Assembly (NCBI GenBank): GCA_020348265.1
Contig: CP070744.1
Location: 4,993,559 to 5,057,558 of the forward strand
Source: Phycisphaerales bacterium
Lineage (GTDB): Bacteria; Planctomycetota; Phycisphaerae; UBA1845
Length of the DNA stretch: 64,000 nt
Reading direction: 5' to 3'
The translations under genes and the position numbers were made by a program. Positions 35,435 to 45,986 of this stretch are shown here, piece by piece. Positions within the stretch are counted from its first letter, which is position 1. Each line of letters starts with the position of its first letter. The notes beneath the pieces were generated by a model that saw nothing but the letters and a program-made list of their open reading frames with translations, was not told where the DNA came from and did no database searches.

Positions 35435-36793
35435 CTACGCTGATGACACGGCCGTGTCGGTCTGCCGAGTGCCAGGATCATGACCGTTGGCTTTTGTGAT
35501 GTTGCCCGCAATGGTTTTCGTAAGGTCGCGGAAATCGACGCCGAGGATCGTCTCCAAGGTGGCGAGCGAATCGCTGAGCGTTCGTGCCCGGCTCATGGCG
35601 GCCCCGCTGATGGCTTTTCCGTCGCCGCTGTCAATGACCGTCACTTCGCCGAGTGAGATGTTGTTGACGCTCTTGGCGACTTGTTCGACCACGCTGGGCA
35701 TAAGCTCAACGAGCATGACCTTCAGTGCGTCGGGGTGCTTCTGGATTGCCTGGCCGATGCATTCGACGGCGGCCGCACGGGCCTTGCCCTCCTCCATCAC
35801 AGAAGCGGCATCACCCTCGGCCTTGGCCCGGGCTACGTCGCGCTCGGCAAGAGCGGCCTGAACCTCCGTTGCCTGCAGGCGAGCCTCCTCGGCCTTGGCA
35901 GCAGCTTCTTGTTGTTCGGCCTCCTTGAAGGCGGCTTCGCGGGCTAACTCCGCCTTGCGGATGCGCAGGGCGTTCTCGGCTTCAGCGATGGATTTTTCCG
36001 CAACCAAGCGGGCTTCCTCCGCTTTGCGATGAGAGACGGCCTCGGCTGTCTTCGCCTCAGCGTCACGTTCTGCCTGAGCCTTCCGTGCGGAGGCAGAAGC
36101 CTCGGCCTCTTTGATGGATGCTTCCGCTGCCCGTTCCGCCTCTGATTTGCGGGCAGCCGCCAAGACCTCCGCGGTCGCTTTCCGGGCGATCGACTCCAAG
36201 TATTCCTGCTCATCGTGGACGTTCTGGATGTTGACGCTATCTATGATCAGGCCCAGCTTGCGGAAGTCGTCAGTGACCTCCTGCATGACCGTCTGAACGA
36301 ACTTGTCGCGATCTTCGACGATGTCTTCGGGGATCATCTTGCCGATGACCGCGCGCAGGCCGCCTTCGAGCGTTTCACGCGCCACCCGTTGGAGTTCCTG
36401 CGCGGGTTGGTCCAGGAAACGTTCAATCGCGTTGGCACGCTCGGTGGGGTCGGACGACACCTTCACGTTAGCCACACCGGTTACGATGACCGGCATCATC
36501 GTGCCCCCACCCGCCTGGGCCTTGACCTCCAAGGCCACCTGCATATTCCGCAGGCTAAGCCGGGATACTTTCTCAATGATGGGAATCACCAGAGTTCGCC
36601 CGCCGATCAGCGTGCGGTATCCCTGTCCGTCGCGCTGCCTCTTACCGCTGATGATCAGCATCTCGCTGGGGTTTCCCACGATCATCAGATTGGCGATGAT
36701 CACGATCAGTGCAACCACGGCAAACAGTGCGGCGATACCGATTATGATCCCGACCGAAGCCTGCGAACTTGCTGCGAGAATAGCTGTGTTCAC
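35435..36793 (-). CDS. flotillin / SPFH (band 7) domain protein
   Basis: N-terminal TM helix, an SPFH domain, and a long Ala/Glu-rich coiled coil (EAEAKTAEAVSHRKAEEARLVAEK...). Confidence 0.85.
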   Translation of the reverse strand: MNTAILAASSQASVGIIIGIAALFAVVALIVIIANLMIVGNPSEMLIISGKRQRDGQGYRTLIGGRTLVIPIIEKVSRLSLRNMQVALEVKAQAGGGTMMPVIVTGVANVKVSSDPTERANAIERFLDQPAQELQRVARETLEGGLRAVIGKMIPEDIVEDRDKFVQTVMQEVTDDFRKLGLIIDSVNIQNVHDEQEYLESIARKATAEVLAAARKSEAERAAEASIKEAEASASARKAQAERDAEAKTAEAVSHRKAEEARLVAEKSIAEAENALRIRKAELAREAAFKEAEQQEAAAKAEEARLQATEVQAALAERDVARAKAEGDAASVMEEGKARAAAVECIGQAIQKHPDALKVMLVELMPSVVEQVAKSVNNISLGEVTVIDSGDGKAISGAAMSRARTLSDSLATLETILGVDFRDLTKTIAGNITKANGHDPGTRQTDTAVSSA

Positions 36794-36805
36794 AATCTGC
36801 CTCCT

Positions 36806-37489
36806 CTAATCTTGGTTTGTGAGGAACTCGAATTCCTCGCGGGAGACTACTGTGGCGATGCCACCTGCGTAGTCCACAACAGCCACCTCATCTCCACGCC
36901 GGAACTTCGAGTCCTCGCGTTTCGAGACGGCTGGAACAAACCGTTCGGTCCGTCCGACACGAACGGCAACTTCACCCTTACCGTTGTGGGCTACGTCGAT
37001 CGTGACGCGCCCGAGCTTGTTGATGTAATCCGCCAGTTGCGGTGTGCTATTGCCCGACGAGCGACGGAGCTTACGCAAGACCTGATGGGCGCCTTGACCG
37101 GCGAAGAGTCCACCTATCGCCGCGATGCCCAGGGTCGGTGCGGGGCCTACCCCGGTCAGATGCGTGAGGGTGACACCGATGACCCCGAAAATGGCCATGA
37201 AGAAGACTACGAACTGCATGGAGAACCAGTTGGCCAGGGATGTCGCCCCGGCGTGTCCGCCGTCCACCTCCGTGGACATGTCGGTGTCCACGTCGATGTC
37301 CGTCCCAACGTCGGCATCCACGGAGATGTCCCCACCGAAGTCGGCGCCGACGTCAGCATCGGCGTCGCCTCCCCCGACACAGGAGATCAGCAGCAGGCCT
37401 CCGCCGAGGATCAAGAAGACCCAATAGGCTGTCGCCACTAGCGAGAACACGCTCGTCATATCCATGAGTGTCAGAGCCGGATCAACCAT
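36806..37489 (-). CDS. NfeD/YqiJ-like membrane protein (flotillin-associated)
   Basis: Two TM regions, an acidic Asp-rich segment, and a C-terminal OB-fold-like region (GEVAVRVGRTERFVPAVS...GDEVAVVDYAGGIATV). It sits immediately upstream of flotillin on the same strand. Confidence 0.7.
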   Translation of the reverse strand: MVDPALTLMDMTSVFSLVATAYWVFLILGGGLLLISCVGGGDADADVGADFGGDISVDADVGTDIDVDTDMSTEVDGGHAGATSLANWFSMQFVVFFMAIFGVIGVTLTHLTGVGPAPTLGIAAIGGLFAGQGAHQVLRKLRRSSGNSTPQLADYINKLGRVTIDVAHNGKGEVAVRVGRTERFVPAVSKREDSKFRRGDEVAVVDYAGGIATVVSREEFEFLTNQD

Positions 37490-37910
37490 GACTTAACCTC
37501 CGGACTGCCGCTGGGTGGTCACCGATGACCACCTCGAGGCAATCGCACCACCTTGAATATAAGACGCGGGATTACCGGCGCCTATTTGAATTCCAGGCTC
37601 TTTTCATAATCGACCAAAACCGCCCTGCAAAGAGGCAGTCGAAAAACCGGATGTAATAACCCGTCCGGTGATTATCTGAGGCCTCGGAACGGCGTTTTTA
37701 ACCGTCTGGGCGACCTGCCACCACCCCGACCGGCAGTTGGCTGGGTGGGTTCGTCTGACGATCCATTGTCAGGATGTCGGGAATGACCGTGCAACGGCTT
37801 AGGCCGCGACTCATTCCATCCAGCCGCGTTGATTCGCCAGGGGTATCCAGGTACGGTAAACGTGAGATCAAGTGCGACAGACAAGGTCCAGTAACGCAAA
37901 GGCACGCTCA

Positions 37911-40034
37911 ATGGCCAACGATCCCGCCCAGCCAACTGCAGCACGGCTTGCCGGTTCGATCTGGGCGCCGGTTTTGTTGTTGGTAGTCATAACCGCAGTG
38001 GCCTACCTGCCGGTCGTGTCCTGCGGGTTCATCTGGGATGACGATTCCTATGTCCAGGAGAACCAGACTCTGCGCTCGGTCAGCGGGTTGAGCCGGATTT
38101 GGTTTGAACTCGGCGCTACCCTTCAGTACTACCCCCTGGTCCACACGACCTATTGGCTTGAGTACAGGCTTTGGGGATTGAACCCTACCGGCTATCACGT
38201 GGTCAACATACTCTTGCACGCGCTCGGCGCTGTGCTGCTTTGGCGGGTGTCGAGATTCCTTAGTGTACCAGCCGCGTGGGTGGTAGCTGCCGTCTTTGCT
38301 TTGCATCCCGTGCACGTAGAATCGGTTGCATGGATCACCGAACGCAAGAACGTTCTGTCGGGCGTTTTCTACTTCGGTGCGGCGTTGGCCTTCCTGCGCT
38401 TCGCACTCTCGCCACAGGAGACAGCAGTGCCAAAGGGGAAGAGGCGCTGGCTCTATGTGGCGGCATTGGTGTTGTTCCTCTGCGCGCTGCTCAGCAAAAC
38501 GGTGACCTGCACGCTTCCGGCGGCGTTGCTGGTGGTTCTCTGGTGGCATCGCAAGGGCATCCGTTGGGCGGACGCGCTTCAGTTGGCGCCCTTTTTCATT
38601 CTGGGAATAGCCCTGGGTCTGTTGACCGTCTGGATGGAGAGGCACGAGGTCGGTGCCATCGGAGAAGAGTGGAGCTTATCGCCTGTCGAACGCTGCCTGA
38701 TTGCCGGACGGGCCCTGTTCTTCTACACAGGCAAGCTTGTCTGGCCACACCCGTTGATATTCGTCTATCCGCGATGGGGAATCGATGCGACAATCTGGTG
38801 GCAGCACGTCTATCCGGTCATGGCCGTCATCGTTGTGATTGTGCTCTGGCTGTGTCGACGCCGCATCGGTCGCGGTCCATTGGCGGCCGTGTTGCTTTTC
38901 GGCGGGACTCTGGTGCCAGCTCTAGGCTTCTTCGACATATATCCCATGCGCTATTCCTTCGTTGCCGATCACTTCCAGTACCTGGCAGGCGTCGGTGTCA
39001 TAGCACTAGTGGTAGTCGCCGGCTATCGCGCCCTGGATGGACTCGGGACTTGGGGAACGCGCTTAGCACCTGCGGTGGCGATTGTTGCGTTGGTGACACT
39101 CGGTGCATTGACCTGGCGTCAGGGACGCGTCTATCTGGATGCGGAAACGCTCTGGCGTGATACGCTCAGCAAGAACCCCGACGTGTGGCTTGCGCACAAC
39201 AACCTCGGCAACATACTCGAAAGACAGGGCAAGCTCGACGAGGCGATAGACCATCATCAACAGGCCCTTCAGGTCGAGCCGCGATTCGCGCTAAACGTCG
39301 CCCACTCTCATTACAACTTGGGCAACGCGTTGGCCGCACAACGCAAGTTCACCGAGGCGACAAAGCACTATCGTGAGACACTTCGGAACAAACCCGATTA
39401 TGTCGACGCCCGCGTCAATCTGGGAAACATGCTGCTAAAGCAGGGCAATCTGGATGAGGCGGTCAGGCAATATCGCCAGGCGGTTAAGGACACGCCCAAG
39501 TCATCCAATGCTCACTACAACTTGGGCACTGCCTTGTTCAGGCAAGGTAAACTGGAAGAGGCTTCGGCACATTTTCGCCAGGCGGTCGAGATCAACCCCG
39601 GCCTGGCAAGGGCGCATTACATGCTCGGATTGGCCCAGGCGGGATTGGGGCTGTTTTCCGAGGCGCTTCAGCAGTTTCGTGAGGCGGCGCGCATTAAACC
39701 TGATTGGCCGGCACCTTTGGCCAAGGCTGCGTGGATTATGGCCGTAAACCCGGACGCATCCATCCACGACGAGACGGAGGCAATCCGAATGGCCGAGCGT
39801 GCTGCCGATATGACCGGGCGTCGCAACGGCCCGATTCTTGACACTCTGGCGGCTGCCTACGCTGCAGCAGGTCGGTTCGATCAGGCCGTCGCGACAGAGC
39901 AAGCCGCAATCGACTTGGCATCTCAACGCCGCGACGACCGTCTGCTGGAGCACATGCGCCTGCGACTTGATCTCTACAAGCAGGAGAGGCCCTATCAAGA
40001 AATCGAGCCGCCCGGAAGCGGAGTGCGTCCTTAG
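37911..40034 (+). CDS. TMTC/PMT-like polytopic membrane protein (DUF1736-type) with C-terminal TPR array, second paralog
   Basis: GFIWDDDSYVQENQTLRSV, YYPLVHTTYWLEYRLWGLNPTGYHVVNILLHALGAV and LHPVHVESVAWITERKNVLSG (DUF1736 hallmarks). The C-terminal TPRs include AHNNLGNILERQGKLDEAIDHHQQALQVEP. Confidence 0.8.
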   Translation: MANDPAQPTAARLAGSIWAPVLLLVVITAVAYLPVVSCGFIWDDDSYVQENQTLRSVSGLSRIWFELGATLQYYPLVHTTYWLEYRLWGLNPTGYHVVNILLHALGAVLLWRVSRFLSVPAAWVVAAVFALHPVHVESVAWITERKNVLSGVFYFGAALAFLRFALSPQETAVPKGKRRWLYVAALVLFLCALLSKTVTCTLPAALLVVLWWHRKGIRWADALQLAPFFILGIALGLLTVWMERHEVGAIGEEWSLSPVERCLIAGRALFFYTGKLVWPHPLIFVYPRWGIDATIWWQHVYPVMAVIVVIVLWLCRRRIGRGPLAAVLLFGGTLVPALGFFDIYPMRYSFVADHFQYLAGVGVIALVVVAGYRALDGLGTWGTRLAPAVAIVALVTLGALTWRQGRVYLDAETLWRDTLSKNPDVWLAHNNLGNILERQGKLDEAIDHHQQALQVEPRFALNVAHSHYNLGNALAAQRKFTEATKHYRETLRNKPDYVDARVNLGNMLLKQGNLDEAVRQYRQAVKDTPKSSNAHYNLGTALFRQGKLEEASAHFRQAVEINPGLARAHYMLGLAQAGLGLFSEALQQFREAARIKPDWPAPLAKAAWIMAVNPDASIHDETEAIRMAERAADMTGRRNGPILDTLAAAYAAAGRFDQAVATEQAAIDLASQRRDDRLLEHMRLRLDLYKQERPYQEIEPPGSGVRP

Positions 40035-40208
40035 CTATTGTCCGCTGCGGTACGATGGCTGTATACTCTGCCCATCGGCGTCGGTTTCGCAACCCCGGCC
40101 GCCAGGGAGATTGGTTCAAGGAGCCTTCCCGCGAGTGTTCTGCGAGAGTGCACGACGGTAGTGTCACTGGTCAGTCACGGACGGATTGGACTCGAGAGCA
40201 GATTAGTG

Positions 40209-42215
40209 ATGACCAGCTTCACCCCAGGTGCATTCAATCCTTCAGACTACATCAGCTCGATCCAAAGACCACACGGGCCCGCTGGACCGCTGCCCATGAC
40301 CCTCGACGAGGCACAAAAGCGAGGATGGGATGAGCTTGACGTGGTCTTCGTCACGGGTGACGCCTATGTCGACCATCCCAGCTTCGCAACCGCCATTTTG
40401 GCCCGCGTGCTGGAAGCCGCCGGCTTCCGCGTTGGGATCATCGCTCAGCCTAACTGGCACAGCTGCGATTCGTTCAAGGCCTTCTCTCGACCGAGACTCT
40501 GCTTCGCCATCAGCGCCGGCAACATGGACGCGATGCTCAACCACTACACCGCCAGCCGCAAGGTGCGCAACGACGATGCCTACTCACCCGGCGGACGGAT
40601 CGGGCTTCGTCCGGATCGGGCCACCATCGTCTATTGCCAACGTGCCCGCGAAGCATACAGCGGTGTGCCGATCATCGCCGGTGGCGTCGAAGCGAGCCTG
40701 CGCCGCTTGGCCCACTATGACTATTGGAGCGATACGGTCAGACGATCCATCCTGTTCGATTCGAAGGCGGACCTGGTCGTCTTCGGCATGGGCGAGTCTG
40801 CAATCGTGGAGATAGCTCGCCGCCTTGATCGTGGCGAGACGGTCCGCGACCTGCGAGATATGCGCGGTGTTGCCTTCGCAATGGGGACGAAGGAGACACC
40901 TCCCAAGGGTGATCGTGTCGCCGTGCTGCCTTCATACGAGCAGATAAGAGCAGACAGGTTCGCATTTGCTGAAGCGACGCGTCTGACCCACATGGAAACA
41001 AACCCATACAACGCCCGGACGTTAGTACAATGGCACGATCGACAGGTCGTGGTGTGCAACCCTCCAAGGTTACCTGAGTCTCAGGATGCAATGGACTTCT
41101 TCTATAGTCTTCCCTTCACGCGCAAACCCCACCCCAGTTACACGGAATGCATTCCCGCCCACGAAGTCATCAAGGATTCCATCACCATTATGCGGGGTTG
41201 CTTGGGTGGTTGCGTGTATTGCTCGATCACCACACACCAGGGACGAATAGTCCAATCGCGCAGTAGAGGGTCCGTCGTTCGCGAGGTGGCGGGCTTGACG
41301 CGAGAAGAAGAATTCAAAGGGATTGTGTCTGACCTGGGTGGTCCCACAGCAAACATGTACGAAATGCGCTGCCTCAAACCCGAAATAGAGGCAGTGTGCA
41401 GGAGACTTTCATGCATACACCCTAAGGTGTGTTCGTTGCTCGGCACGGATCATGGCCCGCTCGTCGAACTTATGAAGGAAGCTCGCGCGCAAGATGGGAT
41501 CCGCAAGGTGCTCATCGCCAGCGGTGTGAGGATGGATCTGGCCGGACTCTCGCCCGAGTACATTGAGGAGCTAGTTGCCCACCATGTCGGCGGCCATCTG
41601 AAAGTCGCCCCCGAGCACGCTGACAACAAGACGCTGTCTTTGATGAAACGTCCCCCGCTGGAGAGCTTCGAGGCATTCGCCGGAGAGTTTGACAAAAGGT
41701 CAAACGAAGCTGGCAAGGAGCAGTACCTTGTTCCCTACTTCATCGCTTCGCATCCTGGTTGCGATCTGAGCGCGGCAATCGAACTGGCGATCTTCCTGAG
41801 ACAGCGGGGATACAGGCCCGAGCAGGTACAGGATTTCATCCCCACTCCGATGGACATTGCCGCGTGTATGTACCACACCGGTCTGGATCCGATGACAAAG
41901 AAGCCGGTCTACGTGGCGAAGTTCTTGCGCGATCGCAGGCTACAGCGCGCACTCCTGCAGTTCTTCAAACCCGAGAACTACTTTCTCGTTCGAAAAGCGC
42001 TTGTGCAGGCGGGCAGAGAGGATCTGATAGGTAGTGGCGGCAACTGTCTGATACCTGCCAAACCGCCTGCAGCGGCGCTTAAGCTGCATCGCGAGCCATC
42101 GAAACGCAGGACCATCAGGGTTAAACGACGTGAACCACGCCGGAAACCTGCAGGAAAAGGCTACCGCCCGGGTCGGGCGACCGCGCCCCGCAGATCACGC
42201 AAGAGAAGCTCGTGA
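40209..42215 (+). CDS. ygiQ: YgiQ-family radical SAM protein (UPF0313)
   Basis: N-terminal [47 protein letters not shown], radical-SAM Cys cluster [10 protein letters not shown], and a basic C-terminal tail. The track ORF start at 40038 is over-extended. Confidence 0.85.
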   Translation: MTSFTPGAFNPSDYISSIQRPHGPAGPLPMTLDEAQKRGWDELDVVFVTGDAYVDHPSFATAILARVLEAAGFRVGIIAQPNWHSCDSFKAFSRPRLCFAISAGNMDAMLNHYTASRKVRNDDAYSPGGRIGLRPDRATIVYCQRAREAYSGVPIIAGGVEASLRRLAHYDYWSDTVRRSILFDSKADLVVFGMGESAIVEIARRLDRGETVRDLRDMRGVAFAMGTKETPPKGDRVAVLPSYEQIRADRFAFAEATRLTHMETNPYNARTLVQWHDRQVVVCNPPRLPESQDAMDFFYSLPFTRKPHPSYTECIPAHEVIKDSITIMRGCLGGCVYCSITTHQGRIVQSRSRGSVVREVAGLTREEEFKGIVSDLGGPTANMYEMRCLKPEIEAVCRRLSCIHPKVCSLLGTDHGPLVELMKEARAQDGIRKVLIASGVRMDLAGLSPEYIEELVAHHVGGHLKVAPEHADNKTLSLMKRPPLESFEAFAGEFDKRSNEAGKEQYLVPYFIASHPGCDLSAAIELAIFLRQRGYRPEQVQDFIPTPMDIAACMYHTGLDPMTKKPVYVAKFLRDRRLQRALLQFFKPENYFLVRKALVQAGREDLIGSGGNCLIPAKPPAAALKLHREPSKRRTIRVKRREPRRKPAGKGYRPGRATAPRRSRKRSS

Positions 42216-42305
42216 TGCGCGGACGGGGTTATTTCCGAAGGAGCCGGATATCCGTGCACAAGAGCGTACACTTCAAAACATATACGAATACTGTGTGAAG
42301 TCGTT

Positions 42306-42722
42306 CTACGTCGCGAGCGCTTCGCAACGTTGCGAGCCTCGCAGTGCAGCCACTGCCCGCTCGATGTCATCGACGCTGAGTACCAACATGGAGGGCGAAC
42401 CTGGAACCCCCGCTCCGTAGACGAAGTTGATATTGACATTGGCCTCGGCGAGTTTCGAGGCGACGCACTCCAGGTCCCCAGGCTCATTCCCAATCCGCAC
42501 CTTCAACACTTGCTCTGAAAGGAAGCGGTAGCCGGCCTCACCCAGGGCGTGTTCGGCAGCTTGACCATCGGAGGTTACGAGGTTCACCCAGCAGCACTCG
42601 TCGTCGTCGGAGACGCACAGAGCCTCGATGTTGATCTTAGCCTTGGTGAGAGTCCCGCAGAGCTTGGCGAGCATTCCCGGCCTGTTGTCCAGGCCAACGC
42701 AGAACTGGGTCGTCTCGATCAT
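42306..42722 (-). CDS. tandem ACT-domain protein
   Basis: Two ACT-like beta-alpha-beta-beta-alpha-beta units (VGLDNRPGMLAKLCGTLTKAKINIEAL...; RIGNEPGDLECVASKLAEANVNINFV). Start taken at MIETTQF. Confidence 0.65.
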   Translation of the reverse strand: MIETTQFCVGLDNRPGMLAKLCGTLTKAKINIEALCVSDDDECCWVNLVTSDGQAAEHALGEAGYRFLSEQVLKVRIGNEPGDLECVASKLAEANVNINFVYGAGVPGSPSMLVLSVDDIERAVAALRGSQRCEALAT

Positions 42723-42918
42723 AGTACGCCTCCCGCCCTGACAGCAACGCGAACGCAGTAGCCGGGCAACATCGTGACGCGTCAAGCCCGGACGCCACCG
42801 AACCTGACTGCCGGAAATTATACACCGTTTTCAGCTACGCGTGAAGCCTGTGGCGCAGGGAGCGGCTCTTTCGATGGCAACACCGCACCACGCGGAATGC
42901 CACGTAGTGCAACTGTGT

Positions 42919-42931
42919 GGGGGGGGGGGGG
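42919..42931. repeat. homopolymeric G13 tract in the divergent intergenic region
   Basis: tgtGGGGGGGGGGGGGaatcc, read directly. Confidence 0.9.
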
Positions 42932-43090
42932 AATCCTGCCCGCCTCAGTGCATTTATTCCATTTCTGCTGCCGCTGGCAGGTGGTGCGCACCCGGAACGA
43001 ACGTCATGTCACGAATCTACGCCTGTTGCTCAGTCCGAACGCCTGATGGGCAAGCTTGCGGTACACACAACAGGAGTTCATCATCGAAAC

Positions 43091-43684
43091 ATGCTTCTGA
43101 CGAAACGCGAGTTGCCGATCCTCGTTTTTAATCTGATCTACGTCGGCATCTTCACCGCGGTGGCGCTCGGCGGGAGCAATCACGAGTTCGTCCTTTACGC
43201 CGGAGTGATCGTGTTACTCGTGGCGCTGGTTGTCATCAAACAGCAGACGTTGAAGTTCGATCCGACGATTCTGTGGGGACTGAGCCTCTGGGGTCTGCTG
43301 CACATGGCCGGGGGGAATCTGCACGTCCGCGGCACCGTGCTTTACTCGCTGCAGTTGATTCCAATCATCCCCAGTTACGAGATCCTCCGCTACGACCATG
43401 CCGTGCACATGTTCGGGTTTGGAGTCGCAACACTGATCTGTCACCATCTTCTCCGCCCGTACGTGAAGACCGATGTTGAGCGCTGGCGCACGCTGGCGCT
43501 ACTGATCGTGCTGATGGGATCAGGCGTCGGAGCGCTCAACGAGATTATCGAGTTTGTGGCCGTTGTTACCGTGCCCGAGACGGGTGTGGGGGGATACGAG
43601 AACACGATGCTCGACTTGGTCTTCAACCTCCTCGGCGGGCTTATGGCAGTAGCGTGGTTGACGTGGCACCGAAGGCCGGCATGA
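43091..43684 (+). CDS. DUF2238-like integral membrane protein
   Basis: Six or so TM helices (ILVFNLIYVGIFTAVALGG, YAGVIVLLVALVV, LALLIVLMGSGVGALNEIIEFVAV). Confidence 0.55.
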   Translation: MLLTKRELPILVFNLIYVGIFTAVALGGSNHEFVLYAGVIVLLVALVVIKQQTLKFDPTILWGLSLWGLLHMAGGNLHVRGTVLYSLQLIPIIPSYEILRYDHAVHMFGFGVATLICHHLLRPYVKTDVERWRTLALLIVLMGSGVGALNEIIEFVAVVTVPETGVGGYENTMLDLVFNLLGGLMAVAWLTWHRRPA

Positions 43685-43909
43685 AGTCGGCCGGAGCAGC
43701 TTTGCCCGACGGCGGAGCAGTCCATAAGATCCTCCAGGGCGTGTGAAGGGTCCGGGAGACGGCACGTACCCGAGACAGGCGCCCCTTAGTCAGGCGCGAT
43801 AGCAGCACAGTCGCTTCCGTATTGAGGCTACCTTAGTCTTGCGGGTGTGGGCGACTCGATTAACATGCCGCGCCGGGTCAACGTCAAACCAACGTAAGCG
43901 CATTAGGAG

Positions 43910-44491
43910 ATGAGGCAAATGATTAAGCGAAGCTCTCTGCGAACAATCGGTCTAACGTGTAGCTGCTTGTTGCTAACAGGGTGCATGCCCAAGTTCACCA
44001 TCGAAGATATCAAGAACATGACCCCCGAGCGACCTGTCGAGATCGACAAGCTTGAGATGTTCGTAGGCACGTGGGAGACTGAGGCGGAAATGAACATGTC
44101 GGGTCTAGACGAGGTTCTTACGGGTACCGGCGTCGGCACGATGAGTTGGAAAGCTGATAAGCGATACCTCGTGGAAGAGTCCGAGTTTGATATGGGGGAA
44201 CTGGGAAAGATGTCCGGCATGGGCATGTGGACCTACGATCCCAAGAGCAGGAAGTACCGCAACTACTGGTTCGACAGCCACGGCAGCGTTGGCCGGGGAA
44301 CCTCCAAGTACTGTGAGGAATCGCGCACCTGGTATACGAAGGCAACGAGCCGAGGCCCCTGGGGAAAAACCAAGGGCAAGGGGACCACAAAGTTCGTGGA
44401 CGACAACACCATTGAATGGTCCTGGACGGAGTGGGACGGGAGCGGCCTGTTCAAGGTCATGGACGTGAGCGGTACCAGCAGACGTAAGTAG
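43910..44491 (+). CDS. small lipoprotein of unknown function (DUF1579-like, possibly lipocalin-like)
   Basis: Lipobox LLTGC; FVGTWETEAEM and WSWTEWDGSGLFKV motifs. Confidence 0.6.
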   Translation: MRQMIKRSSLRTIGLTCSCLLLTGCMPKFTIEDIKNMTPERPVEIDKLEMFVGTWETEAEMNMSGLDEVLTGTGVGTMSWKADKRYLVEESEFDMGELGKMSGMGMWTYDPKSRKYRNYWFDSHGSVGRGTSKYCEESRTWYTKATSRGPWGKTKGKGTTKFVDDNTIEWSWTEWDGSGLFKVMDVSGTSRRK

Positions 44492-44615
44492 AATCCCTTC
44501 CGGGAGCATTCGCACAGAAACGAGGGGGCTCAGGCAGTCTGCCGCCTCCACGTTTGATGCCGATTCCAGTGGAGAGCTGTCAACAGGGGTACGTTGCGAA
44601 ATGTGGGACGCCCCA

Positions 44616-45986
44616 CTATCCCTTCGCATGCCATTCGGGGAGCGCTGAAGGGCCCGTGGGCCGCCGTCCGTAGAAGAGATCATCCGCCAGCAGCGCGAGG
44701 CGCCGCGCAATCGCGCTACGCGGCAGTGTCCGGCGTACCATGTTATGAAGAGAAGTGGTGGGGTGCGCATACGGGCACACTCGCATACAGAGGGCACAGT
44801 CCGTGCCCTGCACGCGCCAGAATCGGTAGCAGCGTTCCTGATGCGTCTGCCACTTCTCGACACCGTTGTGAACCGCTTTGTCACCTGAATCCACCGCCCC
44901 TGACGGACAACAAGTAGCGCATTTCTTGCAGAACTCGCAGAAGTGCTGCACGCCGATCGCGACGGGTTCGTCCTGGACGAGAGGCAGGTTCGTGGTGACA
45001 ACGGAGAGGCGCACCCGAGGGCCGAACCGTGGGGTCATCAGCACGCCGAGTCGGCCCAGTTCGCCTAGACCCGCGTCAACCGCAACGGGAACACAGAGCA
45101 CCCGGTAATTCCCGTCGACATGTGCCCGAGCTTCGTAGCCCAGAAGGTTGATATACCGGGCTATGATCATTGCGATCTTGGCTGCTTCAAAGTACTTGAA
45201 TGCCGTCTCCGTGATCGTCGTGCTGTCCGGAGCGTGGCGCACCATGTCAAAGCTCATCTCAACACCGATCGCGACCGCGTGAGTATGGTCCAGCTCAATC
45301 GGCTCTCCCCATTCCCCCGGCGAGCGCCCAATGTGACTGTATACGTGGGCCGGGTTCAGCTTCGTGGTGCCCACCATCTTTGCCCCGAGGTAGTGGGCAA
45401 AACCCTTGATTCGACGCGTGGACTCCGCAGCTGTGAGTTCCACCGGAGCGCCCTCGACCGGCTCAGGAGTCCAATCGACCTCACGCGTGATTCGGTCCAA
45501 CACATCCGACGCGGCACTCTGGAAGGGAGAGGTAGTACTGTGATATGTTCGCGAGCCGGGATACCCCAGGGGCGCCTGCGAACGGACCTTTTCATCGAAA
45601 GCCGTCTTGTCCGGATGTTCCCGATAGTACTCGTCGAACTCGGGCGAGCCGGGCTTGAGGCGGTAAAAGCGGTGGAAGATGGCGTCCCGCTCGTCAATTC
45701 GTTGCGGATCACCGGGAATCTGTAGTCGAGGAATCGGACCGGTTGGCACAAGAACCACCACGACGCCGATAAACACCGCCAGGACGACAGCAAGAATGAT
45801 CCAAGGCTTGGCTGGAAAGTCCACCAAAAGGGCGGCAGCGGATAGCGCAAGCGCAGGGCAAAACAGAGTGAAAGCCACGCCCGCGGGTCGCCATCTCCTT
45901 TCCCGCAGAGAGGTGATCACGAATGCCACCGCCGTCAGGGAGACAACGGCAAAACAAACCCATCCTGCGATCGGAATCCAATCCAT
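44616..45986 (-). CDS. membrane-anchored reductive-dehalogenase-like (RdhA/QueG-superfamily) iron-sulfur protein
   Basis: Two N-terminal TM helices. C-terminal CEFCKKCATCCP (Cx2Cx2Cx3CP) and CALCMRVCP (Cx2Cx3CP) cluster motifs. Start taken at MDWIPIAGW; the track ORF extends to 46091. Confidence 0.65.
   Translation of the reverse strand: MDWIPIAGWVCFAVVSLTAVAFVITSLRERRWRPAGVAFTLFCPALALSAAALLVDFPAKPWIILAVVLAVFIGVVVVLVPTGPIPRLQIPGDPQRIDERDAIFHRFYRLKPGSPEFDEYYREHPDKTAFDEKVRSQAPLGYPGSRTYHSTTSPFQSAASDVLDRITREVDWTPEPVEGAPVELTAAESTRRIKGFAHYLGAKMVGTTKLNPAHVYSHIGRSPGEWGEPIELDHTHAVAIGVEMSFDMVRHAPDSTTITETAFKYFEAAKIAMIIARYINLLGYEARAHVDGNYRVLCVPVAVDAGLGELGRLGVLMTPRFGPRVRLSVVTTNLPLVQDEPVAIGVQHFCEFCKKCATCCPSGAVDSGDKAVHNGVEKWQTHQERCYRFWRVQGTDCALCMRVCPYAHPTTSLHNMVRRTLPRSAIARRLALLADDLFYGRRPTGPSALPEWHAKG

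Noticed and set aside
36215-37441. 408-aa plus-strand ORF antisense to the flotillin/nfeD genes; also 28005-28949, 49407-50255, 57493-58353, 32025-32708, 25153-25677
   Set aside because: They are antisense or overlapping artefacts of GC-rich coding sequence, without recognisable domains, and the opposite-strand genes have solid family assignments.
37516-37535. 8-bp inverted repeat GGTGGTCA-ccga-TGACCACC just upstream of the nfeD start as an operator
   Set aside because: It is short, could arise by chance in GC-rich DNA, and has no second copy in the window. It is too weak to call.
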